Assembly (NCBI GenBank): GCA_963665235.2
Contig: CAXXLX010000001.1
Coordinates: 1,632,001 to 1,696,000, forward strand
From: Candidatus Poribacteria bacterium
Lineage (GTDB): Bacteria > Poribacteria > WGA-4E > WGA-3G
DNA: 64,000 nucleotides
Direction: 5' to 3'
The notes below the pieces were generated by a model. The model did no database searches. It was not told the origin of the DNA and saw only the letters and a list, made by a program, of their open reading frames with translations. The position numbers and the translations under genes were made by a program. Position 1 is the first letter of the stretch, and every line of letters starts with the position of its first letter. Positions 60,001-64,000 of the stretch are shown piece after piece.

Positions 60001-63000
60001 TTAATCGAACCAGTTTGGAATAGAAACGTTTACGCCGCTGTTTCTGTATCCGTTTTTTGAGTTCTTTTAATCGAACCAGTTTGGAATAGAAACTGCGCGG
60101 TCTTTTGTGCTAACTCTCACCTCACAGGCTTTTAATCGAACCAGTTTGGAATAGAAACCGAAACTATCGAAGTATTGACAACTTTGATCGAGGTCACTTT
60201 TAATCGAACCAGTTTGGAATAGAAACTCGATTTTTGGATCGACAAATTCAGCGATCGTTCTCATCTTTTAATCGAACCAGTTTGGAATAGAAACGAAACC
60301 GCAGCAATTCTAACAGAGCTCTGCGGCATACTTTTAATCGAACCAGTTTGGAATAGAAACAGTATCTCAACGAACAAGGACGAAAAAGCTTCATCGCTTT
60401 TAATCGAACCAGTTTGGAATAGAAACTCGAGTTGTGCGGAGAGTTGTGGGAAGATGGTGCCAGTCTTTTAATCGAACCAGTTTGGAATAGAAACTTGCAA
60501 GCGAAGACTTTATTATCTAGTAGCCCCCCGCTTTTAATCGAACCAGTTTGGAATAGAAACTTGGCCGTCACGGTGGCGAGCTCTGGAGTGTTACGAGTGC
60601 TTTTAATCGAACCAGTTTGGAATAGAAACTGAAACTCTACATTGGGGGCCTTGTAAGCAAAGCCGAACTTTTAATCGAACCAGTTTGGAATAGAAACTCA
60701 ACAAGGCGACTCTGCTAACGTTGATTGAGAACTTTTAATCGAACCAGTTTGGAATAGAAACATGATAACAACGATGGACATCGCAGGCGACGATGAATCT
60801 TTTAATCGAACCAGTTTGGAATAGAAACGTTGGCGATCCTAATGCTACGACTATCTCTGAAGGTGCCTTTTAATCGAACCAGTTTGGAATAGAAACTCTT
60901 TAAAGATGCATGTATATCGCTTTCCGTTTTTGACTTTTAATCGAACCAGTTTGGAATAGAAACGTTAAACGACACGATTATGCTGTTTTCTGTATCAACT
61001 TTTAATCGAACCAGTTTGGAATAGAAACCTATCAAGTTGCCAAGAAACTTTTCAAGAAGCGGTTTCCTTTTAATCGAACCAGTTTGGAATAGAAACGTTG
61101 TGCCTGGGTCATGCTGTCCTCCGCATTGCTAATTCCTTTTAATCGAACCAGTTTGGAATAGAAACATGTCACCGCCAGAAGTGTTGAGACCTGAACTTTT
61201 TTCAACTTTTAATCGAACCAGTTTGGAATAGAAACCCGCGTCCGCGCTGGTCTTCATACAGCGCGGTCTCTATCTTTTAATCGAACCAGTTTGGAATAGA
61301 AACGAGATTTTGGATGGTGCTGCAACGAAAGAGGCAGCAGACTTTTAATCGAACCAGTTTGGAATAGAAACTGCATAGAAGGCTTAAGCGACGAGAACGC
61401 TTATAAGGCTTTTAATCGAACCAGTTTGGAATAGAAACGAATTTATTACACGGGGACGTATTGATGTAGAGGACTTTTAATCGAACCAGTTTGGAATAGA
61501 AACGTGTTCACTCCAGGCAGGCTTGCGTCGGTGCTAAACCTTTTAATCGAACCAGTTTGGAATAGAAACCTTCGAACCGAATAGCCGCACGTTCTAATTC
61601 CCCGACTTTTAATCGAACCAGTTTGGAATAGAAACTTTTTAACAGCGTCGACAAGATGTTCCAGCATGAAGCCTTTTAATCGAACCAGTTTGGAATAGAA
61701 ACTAAAAAACGCTTGATTTTGGCACGGAAGTATGCGCGACCTTTTAATCGAACCAGTTTGGAATAGAAACTTACTCGTGCGGCTCAGGCCACAAATCATT
61801 TTTCGCCCTTTTAATCGAACCAGTTTGGAATAGAAACAATGCTACCGCCCGACTGCGTGGAAATGAACAAAGCAGCTTTTAATCGAACCAGTTTGGAATA
61901 GAAACATCATGTCAGAGACTTCCTTAACATCTAACAACCCCCTTTTAATCGAACCAGTTTGGAATAGAAACGGTTGCCCTCTGTATCCGTGGCCTCTAGT
62001 GCCCGCACTTTTAATCGAACCAGTTTGGAATAGAAACGGCACAAAAGGCACGCGAACGATACAACCGTCTGGCAAACTTTTAATCGAACCAGTTTGGAAT
62101 AGAAACGCTCAAACAGCACTTATCGCTCGGACAAACTCTGAACCTTTTAATCGAACCAGTTTGGAATAGAAACCGCGTCCTCGCTTGTCGTATCGGACAG
62201 CAAAGGGAGACTTTTAATCGAACCAGTTTGGAATAGAAACCGCGCAGATGCGTACGTCGAATTGATTCAAACCGAGCTTTTAATCGAACCAGTTTGGAAT
62301 AGAAACCTTTTCGTAGTAAGATGCCCACCGTTGATTTGTGGATACCTTTTAATCGAACCAGTTTGGAATAGAAACAAAAATCATACGTGGCGCGAAGACC
62401 ACCCCTTTTGCTTTTAATCGAACCAGTTTGGAATAGAAACCACAGGTAAATTTATTGAGGGTGAAGCACATCTACGACTTTTAATCGAACCAGTTTGGAA
62501 TAGAAACGATAATCGATGCTTCTCGTATACCGGAAGTCTTCTTTTAATCGAACCAGTTTGGAATAGAAACTTCTGTGTGTTACTAATGGAGCAGCTGCAA
62601 ACCGGGTAGCTTTTAATCGAACCAGTTTGGAATAGAAACTTCTAAAACCGTCCGCACGGTTTCTTCAAAGGCGATCAGCTTTTAATCGAACCAGTTTGGA
62701 ATAGAAACGAAATTCACGCCACCGCGGCCGCGCTGCTCTTCATACCTTTTAATCGAACCAGTTTGGAATAGAAACAGCAATATCCGTTTCAAGGAAATGC
62801 TCTCCATGAATCTCCTTTTAATCGAACCAGTTTGGAATAGAAACAGAGGATGGGGAAATGCACGCGTTTGATATTGGGGCTTTTAATCGAACCAGTTTGG
62901 AATAGAAACACAGACGAATTGCCCGCTTGCTGTCCACCGTCAGAAGACTTTTAATCGAACCAGTTTGGAATAGAAACGAGTTCTTCAATTCGGACGCGGA

Positions 63001-64000
63001 GTTCGCTAATTTCCTTTTAATCGAACCAGTTTGGAATAGAAACACGCGCTTGTTCAGCGAATTCAAACAAGGTCGGTGACTTTTAATCGAACCAGTTTGG
63101 AATAGAAACGTGCGTTTGATACAGAGGAGCAGGTGTTGTTGACCTTTTAATCGAACCAGTTTGGAATAGAAACTGCTAAATACCCTAACCAAGGACGACT
63201 CTCTGCAAACCTTTTAATCGAACCAGTTTGGAATAGAAACGCACCGCGGGAGCGGGAGGAGGAATAGGGATGTGGAGAAGCTTTTAATCGAACCAGTTTG
63301 GAATAGAAACTTTGACTGCCAACGGGAATTGGGGTGATATTGAAATCCTTTTAATCGAACCAGTTTGGAATAGAAACTTGCACATGAAGGACAAGGACAA
63401 CGTGTACAGCATCAGCACTTTTAATCGAACCAGTTTGGAATAGAAACAAACTCGCCTGGCAAATTCTCGTTGAACGCCAACTTTAGCTGGATGTGCAGCA
63501 GCGGTCAAAAGTGTTGAATCGCCTGGCAAATTCTCGTTGAACGCCAACCCTTTTAATCGAACCAGTTTGGAATAGAAACGCGCGGATGGCAACGCGCTGG
63601 TTGAGGCGGTCAAAACTTTTAATCGAACCAGTTTGGAATAGAAACTCTTGCTGGCCACCACGCTGAACATACTCTTCAATTACTTTTAATCGAACCAGTT
63701 TGGAATAGAAACTTCGGTGCGAGGGTGTTGTAGCGGGCAATGCTGAGTGCTTTTAATCGAACCAGTTTGGAATAGAAACAAGGCGATTGCTCCAAGAAAC
63801 CACCCGGTATCCACCTTTTAATCGAACCAGTTTGGAATAGAAACCTACTGTGACGTTCAATAGTTCGCCCTTACTGGATACGTCTTTTAATCGAACCAGT
63901 TTGGAATAGAAACTATTGTTCAGGATTAGCTAACAGTCGACGGACTTTACTTTTAATCGAACCAGTTTGGAATAGAAACCAGGCGTGGTGACGCGCATCA
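57051..64000 (+). CRISPR. CRISPR array, about 103 repeats (manual count), running off the window end
   Basis: 30-bp repeat CTTTTAATCGAACCAGTTTGGAATAGAAAC/T, spacers about 33-40 bp. Repeat and leader style resemble class 1 (type I-B-like). No cas genes in the window. Confidence 0.99.

Noticed and set aside
63501-63615. GCGGTCAAAA shared by the 37-bp insert and the next spacer
   Set aside because: Only 10 bp with poorly aligning flanks; it does not explain the 30-bp duplication
57188-63740. ORFs with repeated FLFQTGSIK or FYSKLVRLK
   Set aside because: These are translations of CRISPR repeats
57051-64000. Self-targeting spacers against this window
   Set aside because: None found by eye; a blastn-short search would be needed to exclude them

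Overview
Bacterial chromosome segment, probably Candidatus Poribacteria or a relative. This is inferred from DUF1549/1553, DUF1501 and DUF6785-type genes, many Gfo/Idh/MocA genes and a 'VNPKGKVATAWGLLK' C-terminal tail. Positions 1-54.7 kb hold housekeeping genes (rnpA-yidD-yidC-jag-mnmE, tilS-hpt, rsmD, three tRNAs), sugar/redox enzymes and transporters. They are interspersed with three MITE families carrying GTAG-REP-like hairpins, an IsrB (OMEGA) element and an Rpn locus. An IS630 element sits at 55.1-56.3 kb. From 57051 to the window end lies a CRISPR array of about 103 30-bp repeats, with no cas genes in the window. Highlights: (1) a 102-bp CRISPR spacer made of a normal spacer, a 37-bp insert and an exact 30-bp duplication, which looks like Cas1-Cas2 integrating into a spacer; (2) two tnpB-less omegaRNA-like scaffolds, one behind a consensus promoter with a pseudoknotted 5' extension; (3) an unannotated UxxC thioredoxin-TPR selenoprotein; (4) a T-ending repeat variant confined to the 7 leader-proximal repeats; (5) a frameshifted rpn gene with two candidate intragenic antitoxin cassettes; (6) a PorV-like barrel fused to a lytic transglycosylase. 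All calls are by eye, and no searches were run.
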